Assembly: GCF_009914755.1 (NCBI RefSeq)
Contig: NC_060947.1
Source of the DNA: the human T2T-CHM13v2.0 reference genome, Homo sapiens
Direction: 5' to 3' (one strand)
Length of the DNA: 64,000 nucleotides
A program made the position numbers and the translations under genes. The stretch's first letter is position 1. Each line of letters begins with the position of its first letter. Of the stretch, positions 1 to 13,720 are shown one piece after another. The notes below the pieces were generated by a model. The model ran no database searches and was not told the DNA's origin. It saw only the letters and a program-made list of their open reading frames with translations.

Positions 1-127
1 TTGCTTGTTTATGCAATCAGTGTTATCATCAGCTTAAAATGATGCATTACATTATTTGCAAGCCTCATGGTAACTTCAAAAAAACAAACATACAACAGAT
101 AAACAAAAAACTATAAGCAAGAAATCA

Positions 128-429
128 TGCCGGGCGCGGTGGCTCAGGCCTGTGATCCCAGCGCTTTGGGAGGCCAAGGTGGATGGATCACCTGAGGTCA
201 GTAGTTCGAGACCAGCCTGGCCAACATGGTGAAACCCTGTCTCTAGTAAAAATGTGAAAATTAGCTGCGCATGGTGGCGGGTGCTTATAATTCCAGCTAC
301 TCAGGAGGCTGAGGCAGGAGAATCGCTCAAACCCGGGAAGGCAGAGATTGCAGTAAGCTGAGATCATGCCACTGCACTCCAGCCTGGGCAACACAGTGAA
401 ACTCCGTCTCAAAAAAATAATAATAAAAG
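128..429 (+). mobile_element. Alu (AluS-like)
   Basis: gccgggcgcggtggctc head, dimeric body, A-rich tail. Confidence 0.93.
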
Positions 430-576
430 AAATTAAAACATACAACCACAGAAAATTGCTTTAACTAAAAGGATGATAGGAAGAAAAGAAGGAAGACAGG
501 GATCACAAAACAACCAGAAAACAAATAACAAAATGGCAGGAGTAAGTCCTAACTTATCAAGAATAATGGGGTTGGA

Positions 577-881
577 GGCTGGGCACAGTGGCTCACGCCT
601 GTAACCCCAGCACTTTGGGAGGCCGAGGCGGGAGGATCACAAGGTCAGGAGACTGAGACCATCCTGGTTAACACGGTGAAACCCCGTCTCTACTAAAAAT
701 ACAAAAAATTAGCTGGGCGTGGTGGCGGGCACCTGTAGTCCCAGCTACTCAGGAGGCTAAGATAGGAGAATGGCCTGAACCCGGGAGGCGGAGCTTGCAG
801 TGAGCTGAGATTGCGCCACTGCACTCCAGCCTGGGCGACAGAGCGAGACTCCGTCTCAAAAAAAAAAAAAAAAAAAAAAAA
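577..881 (+). mobile_element. AluY-like element with 17-bp TSD
   Basis: AluY-type positions (accatcctgg..aacacggtg; gagcttgcagtgag), pure poly(A) tail; TSD aagaataatggggttgg at 559-575 and 882-898. Confidence 0.93.
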
Positions 882-890
882 AAGAATAAT

Positions 891-3781
891 GGGGTTGGGC
901 AAGATGGATGACTAGATGCAGCAAGGTGGAAAAGCTGCCACCGAAAGACAAGGATGACTGGCACACTCCTAACAGATCTTCAGAGAGAAGGCAATGAGAG
1001 TGGGCGGAGGGAAGAAACAGAAGCTTGGTTGGAGGAGGAAGCTGGGAACCCTGAATGGGGCTACCGCACACCAGGACTCATTCCTGGCCCACAAGAACTC
1101 CAGGGGAATGAGTGAGTTGAAGTGGCAAGAAGCAACTGGCTCTTGCCTCGGGCCTCTGGAATTCCGCCAGGAGGAGACCCACAGCCAACATTATACTGAA
1201 TGGGCAAAAGCTGGAAGTATTCATCTTGAAAACTGGCACAAGACAAGGATGCCCTCTATCACCACTCCTATTCAACATAGTATTAGAAGTCCTGGGCAGA
1301 GCAATCAGGAAACAGAAATAAATAAAGGTTATCCAAATAGGAAGAGAGAAAGTCAAACTATCACAGTATGCAGATGCCATGATTCTGTATCTAGAAAACT
1401 CTAGTCTTGGCCCAAAATGCTTCTTAAGCTGATAAACAAGTTCAGCAATATCTCAGGGTACAAAATCAATGTACAAAAATCAGTAGCATTCCTATACACC
1501 AACAAAAGTCAAGCAAAGAGGCAAATCAGGCATGCAATCCCATTCACAACTGCCACAATAAAGAATAAAATACCTAGGAATACAGCTAACCAGGGAGGTA
1601 AAAGGTCTCTACAATGAGAACTCCAAAAGACTGCTAAAAGAAATTAGAGATGTCAAAACAAATGGAAAAACATTCCATGCTCATGGATAGGAAGAATCAA
1701 TATTGTTGAAATGGTCATACTGCCCAAAGCAATTTATACATTCAATGCTATTCCTATCAAACTACTAATGATATTCTTCATAAACTAGACAAAACTATTT
1801 TAAAATTCATATGGAACAACAAAAAAAAGGTTGAATAGCCAAGGCAATCGTAAGCAAAATGAACAAAGCTGGAGGCATTATGCTATACAACTTCAAACTA
1901 TACTACAGAGCTACAGTAACCAAAACAGTGTGGTACTGGTACAAAAAGACACACAGACCAATGGAACTGAATAGACAGCTCAGAAATAAGGCCACACACC
2001 TACAACCATCTGATCTTTGACAAAGTTGACAAAAACAAGTAATGGGAAAAGGACTCCCTACTCAATAAACAGTGCTGGGGTAATTGGCTAGCCACAGGGA
2101 GAAGATTGAAACTGGACCCCCTCCTTACACACCATATACAAATATCAACTCAAGATGCATTCAATACTTAAATGTAAACCCGAAAACTATAAAAACCCTG
2201 GAAGACAACCTAAGCAATATAATTCTGGATATAGGAATGGGCAAAGATTTCATGATGAAGATGCCAAAAGCAATTGCAACAAAAGCAAAAATGGACAAAT
2301 GAGATCCAACTAAACTCTGCACAGCAGAGCTTCTGCACAGCAAAGGAAACTATCAACAGAGTAGAGAGACAACCTACAGAATTGCAGAAAAGTTTTGCAA
2401 ACTATCCATCTAGCAACTAATATCCATTATCTATAAGGAACTTAAAGAAATATAGAAGAAAATAACAACCCCATTAAAAAGTGGGCAAAGGACATGAACA
2501 GACACTTTGCAAAAGAAAACACACACGTGGCCAACAATCATATGAAAAAAAGCTGAACATCACTGATCATTAGAGAAAGGCAAATCAAAACCACAATGAG
2601 ATACCTTACACCAGTCAGAATGGCCATTATTAAAAAGTCAAAAGATGCTGGTGAGGTTGTAGAGAAAAAGGAATGCTTATACACTGCTGGTGGGAGTGTA
2701 AATTAGTTCATCCATTGTGGAAAGCAGTGTGGTAGTTCCTCAAAGAGCTAAAAACAGAACTACCATTCAACCCTGCAATCCTATTACTGGGTATAAATTC
2801 AAAGGAACATACATTGTTCTATTATAATGACACACGTATATGTTCATTGCAGCACTATCCACAAAAGCAAAAACATGGAATAAAGCTAAATGCCTATCAA
2901 TGGTAGACTGGATAAAGAAAATGTGGAAATAAAAAATAAAAATAAAGAAAAAGTTCAGGAGGGGTGAAAAAAAAAAATCCACGTGTGTAAAGGTGTATTC
3001 TAAATGTGCCTTTCTTCCTGATACCTACAGTGACTGAAGCTCTAGATACATGTGCCCTCTGCCTACTCATACTCACGTCCCCTCATACGGCATTCATTAC
3101 GGAATGCCCCATTATCAAGTTCCACAGCAAAAATTGAGGCGTTGCATCCTGTGATTTCCAAACCTCAGCTAGCAGAGCCATAGCCTGCTACTAATGCCTC
3201 TGCATTTGGTTTATTGAACGCAGCTCATCACAAAGAGTCTGACAAATTCAACATGTTATAGACAACTAGAGCTTTTCTCATTCCAACAGTAGCTGACTCA
3301 ACTATTAGAAATCTCAGAGATCAAAAATCTACTTTCTCATTCTCGGCTTGTAAAGCTGAGCCCAGATCTCAGCACACATTTTCAAGACTGTTGTCAATCT
3401 ATTTATTTAATTTTATTAATATCTTCTATAAACCTAATAATAAGAACAAGATCATGTCCTTTGCAGGAACATGGATGGAGCTGGAGGCCATTATCCTTAG
3501 CAAACTAATGCAGGAACAGGAAACCAAATACCATATGTTTTCACTAAAAAGTGGGAACTAAATGATGAGAACACATGAACACATAGAGGGCAATAACAGA
3601 CACTGGGGCTGACCAGAGGTTGGAGGCTGAGAGGAGGGAGATGATCAGGAAAAATAACTTATGGGTGCTAGGCTTAATACCTGGGTGACAAAATAATCTG
3701 TACAACAAACCCGTGACACAGATTTACCTATATAACAAACCTGCACATGTATCCATGAACTTAAAATGAAAGTTTAAAAAC
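891..3781 (+). mobile_element. L1PA13-16-like element with a large internal deletion, nested in the older L1
   Basis: The 5'UTR start (ggggttgggcaagatgg) joins ORF2 RT-region sequence (acccacagccaacattatactgaatggg) at ~1177. L1PA-type 3'UTR and A-tail end at ~3781; short TSD agaataa. Confidence 0.85.
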
Positions 3782-6700
3782 AGAATAACAGTGAATATAA
3801 ATGGACTAAACTCTCCAATCAAGACATATAGTGTCTGAATGGATTTTTAAAAAAGACCCAACCATCTGTTTCCTGTAAGAAATACATTGTACCTATAAAG
3901 ACACATATACAGTGAAAATAAAGGGATGAAAAAAGATATTTCATGAAAATGGAAACCAAAAAAGAGCAGGACTAGCTATACTTACATCAGCCAAAACAGA
4001 TTTCAAGACAAAAAATATAAAAAGAGACAACGATGGTCATTATATAATGATAAAGGGGTCAATTCAGCAACAAGATACAACAATTGTAAATATATGTGCA
4101 CCCAACACTGGAGCACCAGATATAAAAAGCAAATATTATTAGAGCTAAATAGAGAGACAGACCCCAAAATAATAATAGCTGGAGACTTCGACACCTCAAC
4201 TTTACACATTGGACAGATCATCCAGACAGAAAATCAATAAAAAAAACCAACGGACTTATTCTGCACTATAGACCAAATAGATATTTACAGGACATTTCAT
4301 CCAATGGTCACAGAATATACATTCTTTTCCTTGGCACATAAATCATTCTCAAGGAAAGACCATATATTAGGCCACAAAACAAGTCTTAAAACATTCAAAC
4401 AAATGAAATCATATCAAGTTTCTTCTCTGACCACAATGGAATAAAACTAGAAATCAATAACAAGAGGAATTTTTGAAACTATATAAACACATGAAAATTG
4501 AACAATATGCTCCTGAATGACCAGTGGGTCAAAGAAAACATTAAGAAAAAAACTGAAAAACTTCTTAAAACGAATGATAAAGGAAACACAACATACAAAA
4601 ACCTATGGGATACAGCAAAAGCATTACTAAGAGGAAAGTTTACAGCTCTAAGTGCGTGCATCAGAAAAGAAAAAAAAAACAAACACCTACCAATGCATCT
4701 TAAAGAACTAGAAAAACAAAAGAAAATAAAACCCCAAATTAGTAAAATAAATAATAAAGATCAGCACAGAAATAAATAAAAAGTTGGTTTTTTGAGAAGA
4801 TAAACAAAACTGACAAACCATTAGCCAGATTAAGAAAAAGGAGAAGATTCAAGTAAATAAAATCAGAGATCAAAAAGTAGATATTAAAACTGTTACCAAA
4901 GAAATTCAAAGGATCATTAGAGGCTCCTATGACAAACTACATGCAAAAAATTGGAAAACCTAGAAGAAATGGATAAATTCCAAGACTCATACAATCTACC
5001 AAGATTGAAACATTAAGAAATCCAAAATCTGAACAGAGCAGTAACAAGTAACGAGATTAAAGCTGTAATAAAAAGTCTTCCAGCAAAGAAAAGCCTGGAA
5101 ACCAATGTCTTCACTGCTGAATTTTACCAAACGTTTAAAGAAGAACTAATACCAATCTTCCTCAAACTGCTGTGACAAGTAGAGGAGGAGGGAATACTTC
5201 AAACACATTCTATAAGGCCAGTAACACCTTAATACCAAAACCAGACAAACACATCAAAAAAAGAAAACTACAGGGCAATATCTGAGATGAACATTCATGC
5301 AAAAATTCTCAACAAAATAATAGCAAACACAATTCAACACCACATTAAAAAGGTGTTGTTGAACATGACCAAGTGGGATTTATCCAAGGGCTTCAAGGAT
5401 GATTTAACTATGCAAATCAATCAATGTGATACATCAAATAACAGAATGAAGGACAAAAACTGTATGATAATTTCAACTGATGCTGAAAAAACATCTGATA
5501 ATATTCAAGATCCTTTCATGATATAAATCCTCAAAATACGGTTATAGAAGGAACATACCTCAACACAATAAAAGCCATATATTGACAGACTCACAGCCAG
5601 TATCGTACTCAATGGGGAAAAACTGAAAGACTTTCTTCTAAAAATTGGAACACAACAAGGATGCCAGCTTTTACCACTGTTATTCAACATAGTTCTGCAA
5701 GTCATAGCTAGAGCAATCAGACAAGAGAAAGAAATAAAGGGCATCCCAGTTGGAAAAGAAGAAGTCAAATTATCCTGTTTGCAAATGTTATGATCTGGTA
5801 TTTGGAAAAACCTAAAGACTCCACCAAAAATATTTTAGAACTGATAAACAAACTTAGTAAAGTGGCAGCATACAAAATCAGCAGCATTTCTAAATGCCAG
5901 CAGTGAATAATCTGAAAAAGAAATTGAGAAAGTAATCCCATTTACAGTAGCCACAGTCAAAATTAAATACCTAGGAATAAACTTAACCAAAGAAGTGAAA
6001 GATGTCTACAATGAAAACTACACAATGCTGATGAAAGAAATGGAAGAGGGTACAAAAAAATGAAAAGATCTTCCATGTTCATGGATTGGATAAATTAATA
6101 TTGTTAAAATGCCCATACTACCCAAAGCAATCCATAGATACAATGCATCCTTATCAAAATACCAATGACATTCTTCACAGAAACAAAAAAAAAATTCTGA
6201 ACTTTTCATGGAACCACAGAAGACCCACAATAGGCAAAGCTGTAGTGAGCAAAAAGAACAAAACTGGAGGAATCACATTACCTGACTTCAAATGATACTA
6301 CAGAGCTACAGTAACCAAAACAGCATGGTACTGGCATAAAAACAGACACACAGACCAAGAGAACAGAAGTGAGAACCCAGAAACAAATCCACACACCAGT
6401 AAACTCATTTTTTGCACAGGTGCCATGAACATGCATTGAAGAAAGGACAGTCTCATTAATAAATGGTGCTGTGGAAGCTGGATATCCATACGCAGAACAA
6501 TGAAAGAAGACCCCAAGCTCTTGCCATATACAACATTCAAATCAAAATGGATTAAAGACTTAAATCTGAGACCTCAAACTATGAATCTACTACAGAAAAA
6601 CACTGGGCAAACTGTCCAGGACATTGAACTGGCAAAGATTTCTTGAGTAATATCTCACAAGTACAGGCAACCAAATAAAAAATGGACAAACAGGATACCA

Positions 6701-6993
6701 CTAAGTTAAAAAGCTTCTGCACAGCAAAGGAAACAATCAACAAGGCGAAGAGACAACCCACAGAATGCGAGAAAATATTTGCAAGCTATCCAACTGACAA
6801 GGGATTAATAACCAGAATATATAAGGAGCTCAAACAACTGCATAGGAAAAAAAATCTAATAATCAGATTTAAAAATGGGCAAAATATCTGAATAGATATT
6901 TCTCGAAAGAAGACATACAAATGGCAAACAGGCATAGGAAAAGGCACTCAACATCATCAGTCATTAGATAATGCAAATCAACACTACAATGAG

Positions 6994-7137
6994 AGGCTGG
7001 GCATGGTCACTCACGCCTGTAATCCCAACACTTTGGGAGGCTGAGGTCAGAGGATCGTTTAAGCCCGAGAGTTTGAGACCAGCCTGGGAAATATAGTGAG
7101 ACCCCGTCTCTACAAAACCAACCAACCAAACAAAAAA
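6994..7137 (+). mobile_element. FLAM/Alu monomer within L1
   Basis: Single left-arm monomer with an (AACC)-rich tail. Confidence 0.85.
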
Positions 7138-8329
7138 GATAATGAAATATCATCTTACCCCAGTTAAAATGGCCTTTATCCAAAAGACAGGCAATAACTA
7201 ATATTGGTGAGGATGTGGAGAAAAGGGAACTTGTGTACACTGTTGTTAGTAACGTGTATTAGTACAAGCACTATGGAGAACGGTTTGGAGGTTCCTCAGA
7301 AAACTAAAAACAGAGGTACTATATGATTCACCAGTCCCACTGCTAGGCCTATACCCAAAAGAAAGGAAATCAGTATATTGAAGAGGTAGCTGCACTCTCA
7401 TGTTTATTGTAGCACTGTTCACAACATTAAGATTTGGAAGCAACCTAAGTATCAACCAACAGATGAATAAACAAAGAATATGTGGTACATATATACAATG
7501 GAGTACTATTCAGCCATAAAAAAGAACGAGATACTGCCATTTGCAATAGCATGCATAGAATTGGAGATCATTATGTTAAGTGAAATAAGCCAGGCATAGA
7601 AAGACAAAGTTCATATGTTCTCACTTATTTCTGGAAGCTAAAAACTAAAACAATTGAACTCATGATGATAAGAGAGTAGAATGGTAGTTACCAGAGGCTG
7701 AGAAGGGTAGCAGGGAGTGGGGTAATGGGGGATGGTTAATAGGTACAAAAGTATAGTTAGAATGAATAAGATCTAGTATTTGATACCACAACAGGGTGAC
7801 TACAGTCAAAAATAATTTATTGCACATTTAAAAATAACTAGAAGAGTATAACTGGATTGTTTGTAACACAAAGAAAGGATAAATGCTTGAGGTGATAGAT
7901 ATCCTTTACCCTGATGTGATTATTATGCACTGTATACCTGTATCAATATACCTTATGTACCCCATAAATATATATACCTATTATATACTCACAAAAATTA
8001 AAAGTTAAATAAAATACAATTGGCAAATGTGGTAAAACTCTGGCAAAAATTCCTACGTAGATGTCCAGAATATATGAGAAATAAAATTATATGGACTAGA
8101 TCATATGTAAACTTCAAGGATTCCCATTTAGGTAGCTGTTGCATTTTTGTAACAAAATATATTACTTTTACTTGACATTCCTGGGTTTTTTACATTTCTT
8201 CCAGAATTATCAATGACTATCCATCCCTCCATAGTAGGAATAATTACTGACGTAGATGTCATACAAACTTATTATAAAGTCAAGAAAATTAAACATAACC
8301 TAGAAATAGTCAGACGTCAGAATTCTTAC

Positions 8330-8458
8330 CATCTGTTGTTTTGTCAATACATCATTGTAGATTGCTTCTCTTCGTTTAACATCAAGCTCCTGGCTGGCTT
8401 GTCTACTTAATGCTAACGCCTGTACTTGGGCCTCTGAGAGATTCATGTTCTCCTTCCA
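8330..8458 (-). CDS. ATRX: ATRX coding exon ~34 (129 bp, phase 0-0)
   Basis: cttttag|TGGAAG...CAGATG|gtaaga; WKENMNLSEAQVQALALSRQASQELDVKRREAIYNDVLTKQQM. Confidence 0.96.
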
Positions 8459-8944
8459 CTAAAAGAAAAATTTTCTATTTACTCCTTATTACTGTACAAT
8501 TGAGGAAAAATAATTAAGGTATTTTAAGATATTCGGGATTTCCCAAGGTTTCAAACCCCCCTTTTCCTTTATTCTTTTCTGAAGAAAAACATGATGCAAA
8601 ACAGGGTACTAAGTTGTTCACTGCTGTACCTGGGCTGGCTATCTCTGGAATGAAACAATAATTTAGATTTAATTTGTACAACTGGTAATTAAAATGTTTA
8701 TATAAACAATGCATACATTTCCATGTTTGATTTCTCAATTCTTACATTTTACCCATTTCTCTCTTGTGCCAACATCTATGTAAAATTGCTGGGTTACGGT
8801 TTGGCATTATCCATCCATTTTACCAGTATTTTACTATTGCAAATCAATTTATAAGAAGGAACAATTAAAAATTTAAAAAAATGGCAGTAGGGGGTGGAGG
8901 GTACAAATTGGAGGTTGGAATAAGACAATTGCCAATTAGCTTAC

Positions 8945-9040
8945 TACAGCTGAAATTATATCCTCAAGAGGTTGAATCCTCACTGCTGTCACACTGTTTG
9001 TTGCTTCTACAACTTTTTCTCTTCCTTGATTAATGAGGTC
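8945..9040 (-). CDS. ATRX: ATRX coding exon ~33 (96 bp, phase 0-0)
   Basis: ttctag|GACCTC...GCTGTA|gtaagc; DLINQGREKVVEATNSVTAVRIQPLEDIISAV. Confidence 0.95.
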
Positions 9041-9804
9041 CTAGAAGAATGCAAGAAATAAGTTATATAAGGCAGAAAGACAGCATAGTGTTAAAGTATA
9101 GGGAATCCTTCCATTTGCCAACTTAGAGCAGTCGGTTTTAAAACTCTTTAAATAATTGAAGAGAACAGCAAAATTCAGTATCAATAAAGTGGAGTAAACC
9201 ATATCAATGCTCAAAGAGTCTTGTTAGGAAGATTAAAAAAGTTTGAGTTTTATCACACCAATAATTTAATAATGCAGAAGAATCCATAAGCACATTTTAT
9301 AATGTGTTTCAGATTCAATTAAGTCATTATTGGTATAATAAAAACCCAGTCTTTCCTATTTAATTTACAATTGATTCTAGCTTTAAATCATTTATTTCAT
9401 AATATTGGGCATTATATATTTAATTGTGCATCTATAATGCACTAGAATAGAAGTTAATGAGTATATTTATCTTACTTTCAAACAGTAAGATAGCAATTTA
9501 TTATAACTATTTTATAACTGAAGAAGGTGCTATTTCCCAAGCGAGTCAGCAGCCCTATTGTTTCTTAATTAAAATAATTCAAACTACATTAATTCACCGA
9601 CTGATTCCTTTGTGCTCTGAACAAACCACATTTTACAACATCATGTTGGTTCAAAACGGTCAACAAATAAAACAAAAATTTATTCGTCTATTCAGGGGTA
9701 ATCTTTTGGAGAATGTGATATTTCTGCATAGGGAACCCTCAACAACAAGGCACTTGAAATTGCCTTTAATTCATGTCAAACTACTTTTGTACTTCACAAC
9801 TCAC

Positions 9805-9930
9805 CTCCAGCTGTTGATTACTCATTGCTGACAGGGCTCCCAAATTGAAAGGAATATAAGGAGTTTGAGAGTTGAAACTGACAGGGGGTAAATTGGTCCC
9901 AGTTGGTATGTTGAAACGCATGGTCAGTCC
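9805..9930 (-). CDS. ATRX: ATRX coding exon ~32 (126 bp, phase 0-0)
   Basis: tttttag|GGACTG...CTGGAG|gtgagt; GLTMRFNIPTGTNLPPVSFNSQTPYIPFNLGALSAMSNQQLE. Confidence 0.96.
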
Positions 9931-10793
9931 CTAAAAACAAAAAAATTATGCACTTTTCACATTGTGATTTAAAACTTGAAATTCTACATCACCTACTGGT
10001 TTAGAAAAGAATCCACATTCTCAGATCCAGGAAATTATTAACACTCTTCCACACACAAACAAAACACCCTTTTCACCCGAAACCAAGATCTTATTACAAG
10101 GAAAGCTTTAACCCCTAAAGGTGTACTTTTTTTTTCTGATAATTCCCACAGAATGGGGGCAACTCAAAGAATTCTGATGAGACTCTGAACATCACACTAA
10201 TGTTAAAGAAGTTTGGTACAATAAGTTAGGAGTTTGAAAAGGATTCAGGTATTAGGATAAGGTTTCCCATGCTCAGGCACATTTTTGCTCAAGTGGGTTG
10301 ATGTTTAAAACAGACATAGAATGATCTTAAATAAAGTTGCTGCTGGAGCAAATGGCATTAATGTCTAATAATGAAATATTTTTGTGTTCTGATATTCAGC
10401 CAAAATTTAGATTTCATGGTATACATGCAAAGCTACATTTACTACAACCTCCAAACACTAAGCTCCTGTATGTTTGTTACTACAGAGAGGGTACTGATGG
10501 GAGGTTAGTGATGCTAAATATATGGCTTCCCACTCATTTCTCAATTCAACAAATACTAGGCAGAAATGGGATTACTACTCTTTAAGTGTAAACTGTTTTC
10601 TTCTGTCTTCTCCTCCTACTCTACCACTAAAGGTAGCTGAAACCAACCCATAAAGAGATTCTTGTAATTGGGGAATGTGTTCCTAAAACCCACTATATTA
10701 TTATTACCTGTTTCAAATGTGACCCTTTTCTTCTTCATTGCTCTTTCAAATCACTAACATAACAAAAACAAAAACACATTTTGCATCAACTAC

Positions 10794-10943
10794 CTTCTTC
10801 TCTGCTTCATACTCAGCCCAAGCTGCTTTTCTTTCTTCTTCAGTCAACTCTTCTTCTTCTTTGTGGTCCAAAAGAGAATCATGTTCATGGTATCCTACAA
10901 TGTGTTCTTTATGTATCTGAAGGAGCTCTGCAAGTATGGTATC
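10794..10943 (-). CDS. ATRX: ATRX coding exon ~31 (150 bp, phase 0-0)
   Basis: taaacag|GATACC...AAGAAG|gtagtt; DTILAELLQIHKEHIVGYHEHDSLLDHKEEEELTEEERKAAWAEYEAEKK (inside ORF 10746..11021). Confidence 0.97.
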
Positions 10944-12288
10944 CTGTTTAGAGGGGTTGAAATAAGAGACAATTATTTTTCCCCTCTGGACAGTATAATA
11001 TCTCCATAGTTCTATGGTCAACTGTACTAGAAACTAAAACCTGATTGCTATATATATTTCTGATATATATGACAGATTACCTAAAAAACAGCAGCAAAAC
11101 ATGTAACACCAGCCTCTTATGTAAGACTTTCATGTTTATACAGTATGGTTTAGGCATTCCATTGTTTTTTAATTACCACTTTTCAGATTTCAAGGTCTTT
11201 CCACCAACTTAACATTTTTTATATGCATTTTATTTTGTGCTTAATTCTGAGTTGATAAATGCTAACATAAGTCTGCTTAAATTAGTGACTATATTGGATG
11301 CCTGTGCTAGAAATCAAGGCTACTCCTATTTATACATCATAAACAACTTTATTTTCACAATCATTTCAACTGCCAACCACTATATTAACAAAAAACTAAT
11401 CTAAATTAATCTAAACAGTTATAGGAGAGTTTAACTGAAACATATAGCCCTTATATTCCAACTGCAGGAATGTAAATGTTAAATTACACTGTAAAGACCC
11501 ATGGGTCAAATTTAAATTGATATACATTTTTCAATTTATTATCATAGTATATATAGTTTAAAGAAATCATGGTATCTTAAGCCAGTCTTTTAAGATTAAA
11601 AAATTAAAAGCTTAAAAATTGGGATCATTTATATACTCAGTAAGAACAACTAAACTCCTGCTCTGTTTAATTATGACTGTGAGAGTGAGACACAAAGATA
11701 GATGGGGTGGGGGTTTAAAGTGAATTACAGATATGTTACTTTTAATAAATTTAAAATATTCACAAGTTGTTCATTAAGAAATCACATATGAAAACCTGGA
11801 TCTATAAAAGGCAAATTAATTCACTTTACAGAAGGATTTTCCATAGCTTTTAACAAGTTTTCCTAGAACACACTTTCTAAATTGTGCATTTCTGATCAAA
11901 TGAAAGTAGTGGAGGTATACATACAGCACACTGAATTCAAATTTAATCTGCACCTAGTGATGCTTAATGCACTCATAAATTTTTGCATAGACAAAGCCCA
12001 CATTTGAAAATAATTATGCCTTTACACACCTTGAGTATAGGGTCCAAAAAGTGGTAAGAACTCAAATGTGCATTAAATAACTCAAGATGAAAAATTCAAA
12101 TCATGAGGCCCCAGGTTTTTTTTCTATATAATAGCAAATACTGACACTAATTCCAAATATTCTGATATTTAATATCTTGTAAACAACTTTTTATCTTGCT
12201 ACCCCAATAAACATTTGAAACAATTATTTCCTTTCTTAACAGAACTGATATTCTTAATAGATACAACCATAATAGAGACTTTATAATT

Positions 12289-12565
<277 letters not shown>

Positions 12566-13539
12566 AGGTATAATCCATTTTGAGATGTATGTGTGTGCTA
12601 TTTCCTTTGTTGAAAACAAAAAACAATAAAAGACCATACAAATGACAGGACTCAATAAAGTCTACTGATAGAATACATGGATGCTAACAGGCTTAGTTAC
12701 TTTGAAATGTTAACTAAATGCTTCTCTCTCACGCCAATGTAGAAACTTGCTATCGAAGCTGACTTCTCTGGCTTATGCCACATACAATAGGTTTATCATC
12801 ACTAGATCAATCTCCAAAGTCCACTGTTACTGACCAGGCAGGCAGGAAGACAGGCCAATCTGCATTAATTTATTCTACTAAAAGATAGGGCTTTCTTAAA
12901 TGTGTAACTCCTATGCCCACCCCCCCAACACATACATGCCAAACATGACTCAAGAGATAAAATAAAACCAGATAACACTGACTTAACATTTTTAACACAT
13001 TTACCAAATACAATGAGAAAAGTCAGGTGTTCTACAACACACCAAATAAATTACAAGATTAAAATGTTCTATGGATAATCTCTAATTTTACTTCTGTCTA
13101 GCAATAAATGATCTTAATCATAGTCAGATCAGTTCATTTCTCTAAGAAAGCAAACTGGTTAAGAGAAAGGCCAAGAAAACTGTATACTAGGAACTAATTC
13201 ATTTCTATCTGTGCTACTGATTCTTTCAATAACATTGGATAATAACTTAGTCTAGCTATGACTGTAAATTAAATATGGATGATACACACATTCTCTGCTC
13301 ACGTGTGTAACAGGATGATATGAAAATACCAGGAATAAACAAAAGCACAAAAATACCCAATTCTTTGGAAATAGACATTGTCAAGTGTGGTATTTATTTC
13401 TCAATTATAAACAACACAATTTATAACATTAATTATATATTTAATGGTTGGAGGGGAAGCCTTTCCAGAAATGCATGTGCACATACACATATACACAAAC
13501 TCATATACAGCCTTTTAAAAAATGTCTGAGATACCAGGA

Positions 13540-13720
13540 AAGCTTTATTAAGTCAGTCCTTAGCATCCTAAAATTTCTAAGTCCAACTGTGTCATCATAG
13601 AATTAGTAGAAATTGAGGCCCAAAGAGGCAAAGTAACTTTTTCCGATTATACAGCTAAGGACTACCTGGGACTGGAAACTAAATTTCCTGGCTCCTATGC
13701 AGTGATGATTCTATCACACC
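13540..13720. mobile_element. MIR fragment
   Basis: aaattgaggcccaaagaggcaaagtaactt...tacagcta MIR core-like sequence. Confidence 0.6.

Larger units (their letters stand above)
1..8015 (+). mobile_element. Old LINE-1 (L1MA1-3-like): inter-ORF region, ORF2 and 3'UTR, interrupted by Alus and a nested younger L1
   Basis: The ORF2 start region (atggcaggagtaagtcc...ttatcaagaataa, ~533-566) resumes at ~3789 (cagtgaatataaatggactaaac). Degenerate ORF2 peptides at 4498, 5287 and 6682; L1MA-type 3' end at ~8015. Confidence 0.85.

Noticed and set aside
188-964. Alu-derived ORFs (also 17856, 23264, 41534, 53956 and others)
   Set aside because: Typical Alu translation artefacts.
9457-9831. 124-aa plus-strand ORF overlapping exon ~32 in antisense
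   Set aside because: AT-rich composition with no recognisable motif. Expected by chance.
10746-11021. ORF-track extensions around exons (also 44966-45250)
   Set aside because: Only the GT-AG-bounded cores match ATRX. The flanks are open intronic sequence.
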